From Mytilus trossulus (taxonomy: Eukaryota), in NCBI RefSeq assembly GCF_036588685.1, contig NC_086382.1:47554001-47618000 (forward strand): DNA of 64,000 nucleotides. Direction: 5' to 3'. The translations under genes and the position numbers were made by a program. Positions 1-11,885 of the stretch are shown here, piece by piece (within the stretch, counting starts at the first letter, position 1; each line of letters begins with the position of its first letter). The notes under the pieces are model-generated. The model did not search any database, was not told where the DNA came from, and saw nothing but the letters and a program-made list of their open reading frames with translations.

Positions 1-665
1 CAATTTCCCGTTCTATACACGTTCCTCGATAGAGATTTGTGACTTCCGTGTGAATCTTTTATAAATCTACATCATACCAATGTATTATTTGTAAAGAAAA
101 TGATGTAGAAACACCTTAACAGACAATAAAAATACTGACCTGATTTTTCGTCCGACATCTTGGGATGACCGTGAATGCAGTTACGGTCATCAGCTTTACC
201 CCAGTGAACAGTGTTTTAAACATTCTACTTTAAAGAGAAAAGGGAACATTATTTCGTTAAATTATAATAATTGCTTTGCTATTAAGCATTTTTATAGACA
301 ATTCGGTACATGTTTAAATGTTTCTATGAAAACCTTTTCAACGTTTCATCATCGCTGTGACAGAGGGTTATTTTGTTGTTATTGTTTTCAGTTATACCAT
401 TGTATCCACAAAGATTTTTTGGAATAAACTTCTTTTTTTTTTTAAGAGTAGATTAGTCTGACAGATAACCAATCTATGTGTCTGTAGGACTAGACTACTT
501 CGGGAGGAGGGTAGTATACCTTACCTAATAATGACTTCAATGTTTAGCTAGCAAGCAAGCTAACCAAAGATATTAGCTTTACCTACACACTCAATGCAAT
601 CGGCTTTAACTTATTGTTCAATAATGAATTTTGTATACCGAATCATGAATAAAAACTTATTCCAG

Positions 666-3600
666 AGTTACAATGGTTGACGACAACGTTGGCCATGATA
701 GGAAAGCTTGGTTCTGCAGCAGCATTTGCAATAATATATGTGTTCTCTGCGGAGCTGTATCCAACAGTTGTACGCAATACAGGGATGGGTGCAAGCTCTT
801 GTTGTGCACGTGTGGGTGGTATGATAGCACCATACGTTGCAGACTCGGTAAATATCAATATCTAAATATACCTTGCATTACTCTTCCTTTTAAACAGAAG
901 CCTTAGTGACCGAGTGGTCCAAGTTGTTTCTACTGTAATCACTAGCCAGTCAACAGTTAGTCTCGATAACCCAGACGCATATTTAAATATAGCGTCTGGG
1001 GTGATTAACCGGACTGTTCAGATATTTATAGGGGGCGTAACAAATAATTAAATATAGAACATATCTATAAATAGCACTTCCGTTATCCCCATTATATTTA
1101 AAAACAATTATTACAAACAGTAAACAGTGTAACGTTACATGTATAAAAGTTATGTGATTATTAAAACTGACATTTTGTAGTTGACCCTATTTTGCCCAAC
1201 TTGCAGATGGGCAATTTTAAAAGAACGACCAAAAAATGTAATTAGCGGGGGTGGTCTTTTTTCCTGAATTTTGTGACACATGTAAAAAAAAAAATTAAGA
1301 ATTAAGACAGGAATTTTTTTCGTGGGAAACATTTGGTTGATTATATTGGGAAACAATCTAGCATGACTGTAGAGTGCCTTCCTTATAACAAGGTCTGGAT
1401 CAGCCACTGTCTTCTTCTTCTTCTTCTTTAGGTTTCTAGCGATCCTTCAATTATTGAAGATTATTCGCCGGGCGTCGACTATAAAATTTATAATTTACAT
1501 TTTAGCAGGAAAAAATCAAAAATAACAAAATCAAGAAAAAAACAAAATAACGTATGTACATTCAAAAAAATAAATTTTGATAAAACTATATACATTTGAT
1601 AACAGAATAGTTAGGGATAGAATATGGGGATGAGAGCAGATTCTGTGATCATACTCTTAAATCCCTCTACTGTACTGCATGATACTATTTGTTGTGGCAG
1701 ATAGTTCCAATTTCTAATTGTTCGTGGATAAAAAGAATATTTATAACTGTCTTTAGATGTTTGTATTTGCCTAAATGAGTGCGGATTGCTATGTCTGGTT
1801 CTATTGTCTAGTGGGATCAAAAGGTTATGTGTAGGGACTGCAACAATTTCATGAATAATTTTGTAGAAGAAAACAAGTCTGTAACGTAAGCGCCTAATTT
1901 CGAGTGGGTACCAATTTAGGTCTGTCATCATTTCAGTAACTGAGCTGGTGTTATGGAAGCTATTGCATGAGAAGCGTGCTGCTCTTCTCTGAACTTTTTC
2001 GATTTGTGTAATTTGCTGTTTTTGATGTGGATCCCAGATTGTTGAGCAGTACTCTAATTTTGTCGGACAAGAGCTTTATATGCATGTGCTTTAACTTTTG
2101 GAGAGGCTATTTTTAGGTTTCTACGAATAAATCCAAGGGACTGACTTGCTTTTGATGTCATGTTATCTATGTTTGTCCCATTTTAAATTTGATTGAAGAG
2201 TTAGGCCTAAATATTTTGTAGAGTCAACTTTTTCTAGAGAGTGATTGTGTAATTTATAAGTGAAGTCTAAAGGTTTGCGTTTTTGAGTTACACTGAGAAT
2301 GTTGCACTTATCAGGATGAAAATGCATGAGCCAGTCCTGTTTGTGTACATAGGGGATACCACGCTCCGATGTGCGCTATTTTTTTTAGAGAGCTCATAGA
2401 TCCGTACAGGTGGACCGTTGTACATAAAGCCATACAATATAGCCTAATTTTGTGGCGAGTTACAGTTTCTCCGACATGTAACACAGTATCCCGAACGGCC
2501 TATAATCTAGGACCTCATCTTTATATTTAGTGTCGTTTTTCCGTCCTGAACATTACCATTATTTGCCACAAGACGATAACCAAGCAACCCAAAATCAATC
2601 TATTTGTATATTATAACACACCACCTTTAATATTCTCTTTTCTTAATGCTATAAAATGCCATTTTTCTATATTTTTGTATTTTAGCATTTTCTCTCTATT
2701 CTATGAAACATTTGCCACTTGACGTTAAGCAACCAACAGTCGGTATATTGATCTATATTGAACCAACATTAGTCTGCATTCTTTATTTTTTCCCTTTTTT
2801 CTTAGTTTTGTCTCGTTATTCTTATTTCTGTAAATCCTTGTTATAATTTATGCTTTCCTTTTTATATAATCTTTCAGATATCTGACGCACTTACCTTACT
2901 CGAAAAGCACACATCACGTTACGTTTATGGAAAGAAAAAACAACTCATACAAATACTTATATTTCAATGTAGAAAATCCTCCATAACAACTTATTACATG
3001 TACTGGCAGATCAGTGAGATCATACAATGAGCCAACTCAATTTTTATTTACAAAATTAACTGATCTTAAAATTGCAAACAACAGAATAGTCTAAATGTTT
3101 CAAAATAATCTATATCGCATAATCCTTTTGGGACCAATCTGCACACAATACCACTTTGCCAGTCTCCGTGTCCCTGAAGAAATACATAAGTTAACCAGCC
3201 ATTCATGAAACCCAATTTAATACTCTTTGAATTCATGTTTGAATCAATCACATGGACAAGATGGAATGGGATTTATCAAATACTGCATGATAACTTGTAA
3301 AAAAAAACCTGAAAAGTGTATTCTCCTACTACAAACTATTATGCTGAGTTCACACGTAATACGAATTCGATTCCAATATCCATCGTGTATTAAGGGGCAG
3401 CTTCACAAAAATTCTCCTGTACATGTGAACTTTTATATAAAATGAGGAGATTGGTATGATTGCAGTTGAGGCAACAACCTAGCAGAGTTCAAATGACATG
3501 GATGTTCGCAAATATAATCACTGCCTGGCTTTCAATATTAAGAAATCTCCACACCATATAAATAACTGAGAAGGGTCAGACATGTAAATGAGATACAATG

Positions 3601-6600
3601 CCAACGTGAATGTCTGTGTACCTTTTTTCGCTTTATGGTTGCTGTCAAGAATAATGTTTATATACTATGATTATAATGATTGCTGGCAGCTTCAGTAATT
3701 AAAAACAAATCTTTGAATCTTTTTTTTTATAAAATTGGAGCTGTATATGATACAATGAAAATTCAAGTATTATAGATTTTTTTTTAATTCTTCACATTTT
3801 ACATATAATATCTGTGTCCAGAAATCTTCATTGGTTTGTCTACAAAAGAAAGTAAATGTTAAAATCAATTTAAATTTTTATCACCAGCATAGCATATATG
3901 AAAACAAAATGTTTGGAAAAAATATTATATGTAAATATACATTTTAAAATGTCTTTGTGCCAGCTGAATCCCGCTACGACATGCGAGATTATCTCGCTGT
4001 GTTGATGACACAAACCATTGGTGGCATTGTGTTGTTTCCTGTTGTTTTGTCGGGTTGATGTCTTTTTGACACATTCCCTGTTTGTATTCTCTATCAAAAT
4101 CATGCATGAATTTTTTATCATTATTGAAGGCCATACAGTTGCCTATAATTGCTCACATCTACCTCGTTTGAGCTTGGGGTGGATAACTGTCTCATTGGTA
4201 TTCATATCACGTCTTCTTATTTGTATAATGTTGACCTTTTGGTACTTTTATTCTCAATTTTTGTTTTAGTCTACATTATGACCTCTTAATCATTTAGATG
4301 TCTACTTTGGGTAATGTATGTCACTGGGATCACCGGTTGTTGCCTCTTTGACACCTCCTTTCATTGATGCTGGATCTATTGATTTGCATAAAATCGAATT
4401 TTCAGTGTTTTCCTCATGCAATGGTTTTATTTCAAGGTTAAGAAAGCCAATTGGTATATATTCACCGACAACATTGCATGTATTCTTTTATGATTTTTTT
4501 TTAGTGTGGAAAAAATTCCTTTTAAAAGTGCAAAAAAAGTATTGTCCAGTTGACCAGTCCAGACTTTGTTTACCAACAGTATTTTAAATTACTTTTTATA
4601 ACAACGTGTTCCACTTCTTATATGTTTGTAAAAGCTAAATGCATTTGTTTTATAAAAAAAATCGAGCATAAATCATTTTGACCATTTGGTGTATGTTCAA
4701 ATTGGCATCTTCTAGATATCTTTTGATTGGTTTTCTTCTACTAATGGTTTTGGATTGCGTTCCCTCCTATAAATGTGTACAACATTGCGCATTATCCCCC
4801 CCCCCTTTTTTTTACATATCAAAATGCGAACTCCATTATACACTGCAGACAGATACAACAAACTTATCCTGGATGAAGTTCACATTTCATAGCACTTTTC
4901 AATAAAGTATTTATAAAGTTAAAGATACTACTAATCAACTACAAAATGTATTTATAGCGTATACGACTGTTCGAGTGGTCCCAGTTAATACAAAAATTGC
5001 CATTTATTGTATATAAGTATTAACTTGTTTGCGTAGCACGGACATGCATGAAAGAATATAACTACTCGATGTTTCAGGTTGTACTAGTATTAAAATTTAT
5101 GTAACAGTTTGTGTTGTTATATCATCTTACCAAAGTTTGATGTGCTGTTATTTTCCTTCGCGGTGATGGAAGCCATGCTGTCTGGTGTTTTCCACGACTT
5201 GTATGTCGTCACAAAAAAAATATAAATAGCTTTACACAACAATCGGTTCACTCGGGCTTTTCAATAGTAATATCGTAATATAATTTCTTCCGAAGTCAAT
5301 AACCAACTTCTTGGTTATTCGTCTTGGACAATATCTTTAAATACAAGCTAAAAAATCCGATACTATTCCGAATGTCATAAATTACCATTTTTATATCACA
5401 TGTCATCCAGACGCTCTACTTTGAAAAATAAAGCGGCTGGATGATCGAGACTAGTCAACAGTGAGGTTGTGAGTTCGAGCCCAGCTCGTGCGGGTGCACT
5501 TGAATCCAATCTAAATTAACTAGGATTGTCAGTTTTCCTATCGAAGGTCGGTGGTTTTATCCGGACACTCCAGCTTCTTCCACCATTAATAACTGGCTGC
5601 CACGAAAAAGCCCAAAAGCGGTCACTTGTAATTTGGCTATATTTTATGTCTATGAAGAATAATAGACTCTCAATTACTCGTTGTTCTTCTACTTTTAGGG
5701 TTTGTCAATTCACGCTATGATTTATTAAAATAAATGAATTGATAAAGCATATACTTTTATTTTCTTTTACACTTGTTTTAAGTTGCCTCCTTACTTCTAC
5801 TTAAAATTAGAGAAAAAATCGCAAAGTTAATGAGCTCTTAGGGAAAAAAAACCATTGTTTTGTCCTCTAGAGCCATACTTTCTTAGTATTCTTCCGGTTT
5901 TATTTTAATTTAGAACTATGTTACTAATGCCATTTTGGTTACTTGGATGATGATCATTGACCTATTATCACGTATGATCGTCTGATATTTTTAATCATTT
6001 GATTTTTTTTTTTTTTTTTTCATTTTTGACACTGTTTAATCTGCGACTTCAATACATTCCTCTAGAATTGGATGATTTAAAAGAGTCTAATTTTGGTGGC
6101 AGTGTTTTGTTTAAGCCACACTAATTTCTAGTTTTATGTTGGTTGGAATATAATCATGTATATAGTTGATGTCAATTTTTGCTTAACTAGACTAAGTAAA
6201 TATTTTTGCTTAGGGGCCAGCAGAAGCCTGCTTTCGGGTGCGGAATTTCCTCCCTGTGTCGAAGACCCATTTGTGGCCTCGGTCTATTTTCCCTTTATGG
6301 TCGGGTTGTTTTCTCTTTGACACATTCCCCATTTCCATTCTCCATTCTCCATTTCCATTCTCTTGGAGAAGAATCCCAATTTGAAAAGAAATGGCTTAAA
6401 ATTATTCCCAAAAAGACAACAGTTTTCCCAAACAGTGCAGTCTCAGTTGTTATTGTGCATGAATACAAACTGAAAACCACTCATTTACACATTTTCCATG
6501 CCTAAAATGACTAAATGTGCAGATTTGAGGGCCTATTTATGTATCATCATTGACAATAGGGGGTCTTATTTCTTATTTCAAATGAGGGTTTACCTCTTGA

Positions 6601-9600
6601 AAGGGGGTCTGCAAATAGAAGTTCCAGTCAAATTCATGGTTTGTTATAATTTTCCTAATTTGATGAAAATTACGCATATTTTCCCAATAAAAAAGAGTGG
6701 AGGTAGTTTTGAAAAAAGCCAAAAATATCACTGAGAATACGACAATTTTATTTAAAGGCAAAAATTATTGGTGGTGATTTTGGCCATGCTGTGCCACTAG
6801 CAGTATTTGGTGCTGCCTCCGTGTTAGCTGGACTGTTATCGCTGTTGCTACCAGAGACTCTTGGTGAACATTTACCAGAGTCTATAGAGGATGGAGTAAT
6901 ATTTGGAACGTAAGTTCTTAAGCTTAAGAATGCACTTAGGTGAAATTAAAAAATCATTACAATGAAGAAGAAAATATGTAGACAAGTATTATTTTAATTT
7001 TAGTTTCTTGTGTACAATTTGGAAATAGTATGGCGTTCATTATCACTGAACTAGTATATATTTGTTTAGGGGCCAGCTGAAGGACGCCTCCGGGTGCGGA
7101 AATTTCTCGCTACATTGAAGACCTGTTGGTGACCCTCTGCTGTTGTTTTTTTTATTAGGTCGGGTTGTTGTCTCTTTGACACATTCCCCATTTCCATTCT
7201 CAATTTTAAGTGATAAAATTACAGGGAGGAACACATTCAGTATTCAAACTTGTTTACTACCATGCTGTTAGAAAATAGTCCAGAGAAAATCTTTTATTCC
7301 AATAATTTTATTTTAGGCTAATGATTTTGAAGGTTAAATTTTAATATATATAATAAAACAGAAGTCCGCCCGAGATTTATGGGACTCTATGAATACCTGC
7401 CAACTGTCACTATTTGCGGGGGATTTCCCCCATGAAAGCTCCAAAATGGAAATTTCAAAAGAACAATTGTGTCCACAATTATAACAAAACAGTTAATCTT
7501 CTAATGGCTTTAGGTTTTTAAAAGTATGAAGCAGCCAAAAAACAACATTGAAATACATTTGAAGGCCCCCTTGGAAGTTTTTCAGGACTATGAAAGCCAT
7601 CTTGCACGCAAAACCCCATGTTCATTTTGAAAAGTTGGCAGGTATGCCTATGAGAACATTTTTTGTTTGTGTGCTTCGCGCAAAAATACATATACATGTA
7701 CCAAATGACGAGTTGTAGTACAATTTTGTATCAATAGTCAGGATTCATTTAATTACTGCAACGGTATGCTCTATTTGGTATGGTCTGTGTTATCTTTTGA
7801 ATTCTCATATCATACCTTCTTCAATCTATATTGTTATGTTTGATTTTGATTGAGTTTTCTTGTTATGTATAAGACACAAATATTTCAACTTCGCTAGTCT
7901 TTCAAAAGTGGAGTTGGACAACATTTAATAACATATATATTCTCAGTGCTGTTACCTAGTGACACAATGCATGGCGCAAATGTTATCTTTGTCAGATTAC
8001 GATATTGATTATTGCTGTTCATTAAGTTTGTCATATTATACTACATGTACATAAGTAAAATTAATCCTGTAATCCATCACAACTTTTTGACGTGAAATGT
8101 ATCTACATGTATAACTTATTGAAAGTATCCCTGGTTGATATATAAGAACACATCACAGTTAACACATCAAAACTATGCAATGAACGAAACATTCCAATGA
8201 TCCCCGAAAAACATAATATAAGTCTTCGAAAAAATAAGCTTGAATGGGAAGATGGTCTCGAAAACTGTCCTTGTTATCTACTAGAAAATGGAGACCGGAA
8301 AGACTTTACTAATGAACATATAGCACAGGGCAATTGTAAAATGAGCAATTTATAAAATAATAATGAAATAAAACGTTCTGTAATGATAACAAAATCATCA
8401 TAGTTTCGATATCATATGATCAACTACATGTATAATCAGAAAGTAATTTAAAATATTATTTTTAAAGTGCACTTTAATTTTACATGAATAAAATGAACTT
8501 AGGTGTCAAAACTATTGAGACAGCATCCCATCCCAAAGAAAAACTTTATTCAATACCTCAACCTTTATGCTTTTTACTAATTCGAGCATTACTCTTAAAT
8601 TGTTTTTGATACTATTTAGTACACGATAGGCCTGTTAAATGTAACTGACTGACTGTCCAGTTTTTATACGTCCGGGACGGGACGTATTAGGGTATACCGT
8701 TGTCCGTCCGTCCGTCTGTCCGTCGTCCACACTTCGGACAATAACTTAAAAACGCTTTCACAAATTTCCATGAAACTTAAGTGAATTGTTTATATCTATT
8801 GAAATAAGCTCCCTTTGGTTTTTTTTAATTTCAGATTTTAGTTTTGGATTTATGGGGCTTTATTCATAAAAAAGGGGGGATTTTCAACACTTCGGACAAT
8901 AACTCAAAAAGGCTTTCACCAATATCCATGAAACTTTGGTGAATTGTTTATATCTATTGACGTAAGCTCCCTTTCGTTTTTTTTTTAATTTCAGATTTTA
9001 GTTTTGGATTTATGGGGCTTTATTCATAAAAAAAGGGGGGATTTTCAACACTTCGGACAATATCTCAAAAAGGCCTTCACCAATGTCCATGAAACTTTGG
9101 TGAATTGTTTATATCTCTTGATGTAAGCTCCCTTTCGTTTTGTTTTAATTTCAGATTTTAAGTTTTGGATTTATGGGGCTTTATTCATAAAAAAAGGGGG
9201 AATTTTAACACTTCGGACAATTACTCAAAAAGGCTTTCACCAATATCCATGAAATTTTGGCGAATTGTTTATATCTATTGATGTAAGCTCCCTTTCAATT
9301 TTCATAAATTTCAGATTTTAAGTTTTGGATTTATGGGGCTTTATTAATAAAAAAGGGGGATTTTTAACACTTCGGACAATAACTCAAAAAGGCTTTCACC
9401 AATGTCCATGAAACTTTGGTGAATTGTTTATATCTATTGATGTAACAAATAATACTTAATAAAATCTGATGAAAACATAAAATTTGTAAAATCTTTAGTT
9501 CAATTTAAAACATTATATTTCTTGTAAAAAATAGGTTCCATGAATGTCATACGTTTGTACTATTATTGAATGGTTGCAAGGATGAAAGCACATTAGCAAT

Positions 9601-11303
9601 CCCTGAGATACTAACTGTTCCCTGAGGCATATATCATTTTATGAAAACATTTTTACTATCTAACCTTTGGATAAAAATCAAATGCTATTTTTGCATATAG
9701 GATGTTTTACTCTTGTTAAAATTGGTTGCAATTGAAATCACAAATGATACCTTAGCATCGCAGCTTTTTTATATAGTTAGCTATAGGTTTCGGTGGAAGG
9801 GTTGAGCGCAATAAAAAATGTTATAAAACATAACTAGTCTACAATAGCATATAATAAGTGAACAAGTGACGACATAAAAATCATAACATGTTACTAAATA
9901 TTCCTTAAATGTTAAAGGGTGTCATTTTATGAAAAAAATTTGGAAATCAAGTCTCCTAAACATTTATCAATATGATCATCTTGTGAATATTCTAAACAAT
10001 AAAAAGGTCCAATCAATATACCCCAAGAAAATTACCTTCTTTCAAACTACTATAAAATTTGGAAATCAGCCATAGAATTACTAAAACCCATGATCATATA
10101 TCCCTTTCCTTATATTGCATTGAAGACTTCTATGTTATATGCCAATGTTAATGATATTTATTTTTTATGCTAAATATTGAAAAGCTGAACTAGGTTTAAT
10201 CATCAGTGTCTTCTTCACTGTAATCACTGTCCTCATCATCAGATAAATCCTCATTTTCATTCTCAGAAGAGGCCTCCTCATCATCAATGAAATCCTCATC
10301 CTCATCATCAATGAAATCCTCATCTCCATCATCAATGTAATCTTTATCTTCATCATCAATGAAATCCTTACTTTCATCGCCTACTTCCTCATTTAGATCA
10401 TAACTTTCAGTAGAGTCACTTTCACCATCTTCACTTTCCCTGTTATCTTCTTGCTGCTCCTTATTGTCATAGTAGTCTTTTTTGCCATTTTTATACGCCC
10501 GTCGTCTTTCAGACGGGACGTATTATGGTATACCATTGTCCGTCCGTCTGTCCGTCCGTCCGTCGTCCACACCTCAGACAATAACTCACATAAGCTCCCT
10601 TTCCATTTTATAAATATAAAAGGTACTAGGTACTCAGAAAGTGATTTGTGAACAAGATAGATTGTATGGATGAAAAATTAAGACAACGAACTTAGTTAAA
10701 TTTGAGGTAGCCTTAATAGTGCCATTTTTTTGTGCATTTTTATTTATTAGGGGGGGGGGGTATTTGACAGGGCTCACACTATTTCTAGTTGATCATATAA
10801 ATTCATTAAAAGACAAGTTAAAAGAGCAACGGGCGTATCATGCGCTAAAGCGCCAGCCCTTTATTTATTGTGTGATTAAAAAATACGGTATAAATATTAG
10901 TAGATTTTTTTCCAGTTTAACATACAAGCATTTTGTTCCTGAACCAAGTCAGTCTACATGTATCTGTACTTTGTGTTATTTGTTTTTGTTTGTCTTTTAT
11001 GCACGTTTAGTTTTTCAAAAGAGTCGGAATTGGTTGAAGGTGAAGTCTTTTGTACTGTCCAATATTATTAATTCGTGTTTTCCTTTTATTCACATCTTCT
11101 CTAGCCAATGGCTACGAGGAGGGGAGGGGATTGTAACCCTTGGGTAGAGTAGATGTTTATTCCTTATCAATTCTAATAATATGTCGCACTAAAGTAAACT
11201 TTGGATATTTTCTAATTACAGAGATCAGTACCGAGAGAAGAAAGCCAGAAAATATAAACCCAGTTCTAATGACCTTTTGAAAATCGAAATGACAAAGTTT
11301 TGA
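666..11303 (+). CDS. SLC22-family organic cation/anion transporter, 3' part (last 3 coding exons: 666-847, 6758-6909, 11222-11303)
   Basis: The spliced translation [60 protein letters not shown]|[51 protein letters not shown]|[26 protein letters not shown] contains the SLC22/MFS motifs ELYPTxxR and LPETxG. All junctions are AG/GT with consistent phases (1, 0, 2). The 5' exons lie upstream of the window. The last exon is less certain than the other two. Confidence 0.9.
958..5453. mobile_element. Non-autonomous DNA transposon with TAG..CTA termini and 9-bp TSD (Academ/AcademH-like)
   Basis: Left end TAGTCTCGATAACCCAGACGC; right end reverse complement TAGTCTCGATCATCCAGCCGC. Exact flanking duplication GTCAACAGT at 949-957 and 5454-5462. 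Subterminal hairpins at 970-1000 and 5404-5443. The superfamily name is inferred from the termini and TSD length. Confidence 0.8.
1410..2340 (-). mobile_element. 5'-truncated non-LTR retrotransposon (CR1/L2-group), 3' end of pol with (GAA)n tail
   Basis: The minus-strand reading gives [23 protein letters not shown] and [14 protein letters not shown], typical of the LINE RT C-terminus, with frameshifts. A (TTC)n tract at 1410-1428 marks the tail. Confidence 0.85.
8729..9445. repeat. Tandem array, ~160-bp unit, ~4.5 copies
   Basis: CACTTCGGACAAT recurs at about 8729, 8888, 9049, 9209 and 9368. Confidence 0.9.
10196..10489 (-). pseudogene. Orphan C-terminal exon fragment encoding a 97-aa Asp/Glu-rich tail
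   Basis: Uninterrupted frame [97 protein letters not shown]. It is cut at its 5' side by the element head at 10488. Confidence 0.6.
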
Positions 11304-11885
11304 AAAAAGTCAAACTAATATAAGACGGAATACAATACTAGTACTTCCAACAATCTTTAAATGTGGTTTCGACAACTTTTAACATAATCGACATGGAATA
11401 TAAATTTGAAGACTATGTACATGTACAGTTAAATTCAAAGCGGATGGCGTGTTTCTTGTTGCTATATGTACAGGAAGGGATTGCAAAGAACAAGATTTGG
11501 ATTTATCTTACTTTGAAGAACATGATTGTAATTGGAATTGTTCTTTGAACTGCCAAAATATGGAAATAGCAGTACATTCGCTGGGTTTGTTTTTTTTCTT
11601 TTTTTAAGTGACATTTGCAATACTGATGAAAATTCAATTTTAAGTTTTAAGAGATCTTGCGTACTAGTCTAAAGGTTACATATAAGGCTGATGACAATTG
11701 ATATACTGTGAGGATTTTCAGCATGGAACTGTAACACTTAAAATATATATCGAATATTTAGGCCAATCTATCGTAAAACACATTTTTTATTCAGATGAAA
11801 TAAACGATGTGTGCATTTTAACGTTTATATTTATATTTAACAAGAGAATAAAAATATATTAAATATACAATATATTTAGTTTTGT

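Larger units (their letters stand above)
903..5625 (+). mobile_element. tRNA-derived SINE split in two (head 903-957, body 5454-5625) by a DNA transposon
   Basis: The head carries box A-like GTGACCGAGTGGTC and the body carries box B-like GTTCGAGCCC. Joined together, the halves match the copy at 18042-18553 (-). Confidence 0.75.
8661..10865 (+). mobile_element. Composite Helentron-associated (HINE/DINE-like) element: two heads (8661 and 10488), a ~160-bp tandem array and an enclosed host fragment
   Basis: Both heads read TTTTATACG...GACGGGACGTATTA followed by a (GTCC)n microsatellite. Subterminal inverted repeat ATACGCCCGT (~10493) / ACGGGCGTAT (~10829), followed by a short GC hairpin and a T-rich end. 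Confidence 0.7.

Noticed and set aside
10165-10651. Met-rich and other ORFs 10165-10377, 10393-10581, 10451-10651
   Set aside because: Alternative frames of the acidic fragment and of the element's microsatellite head.
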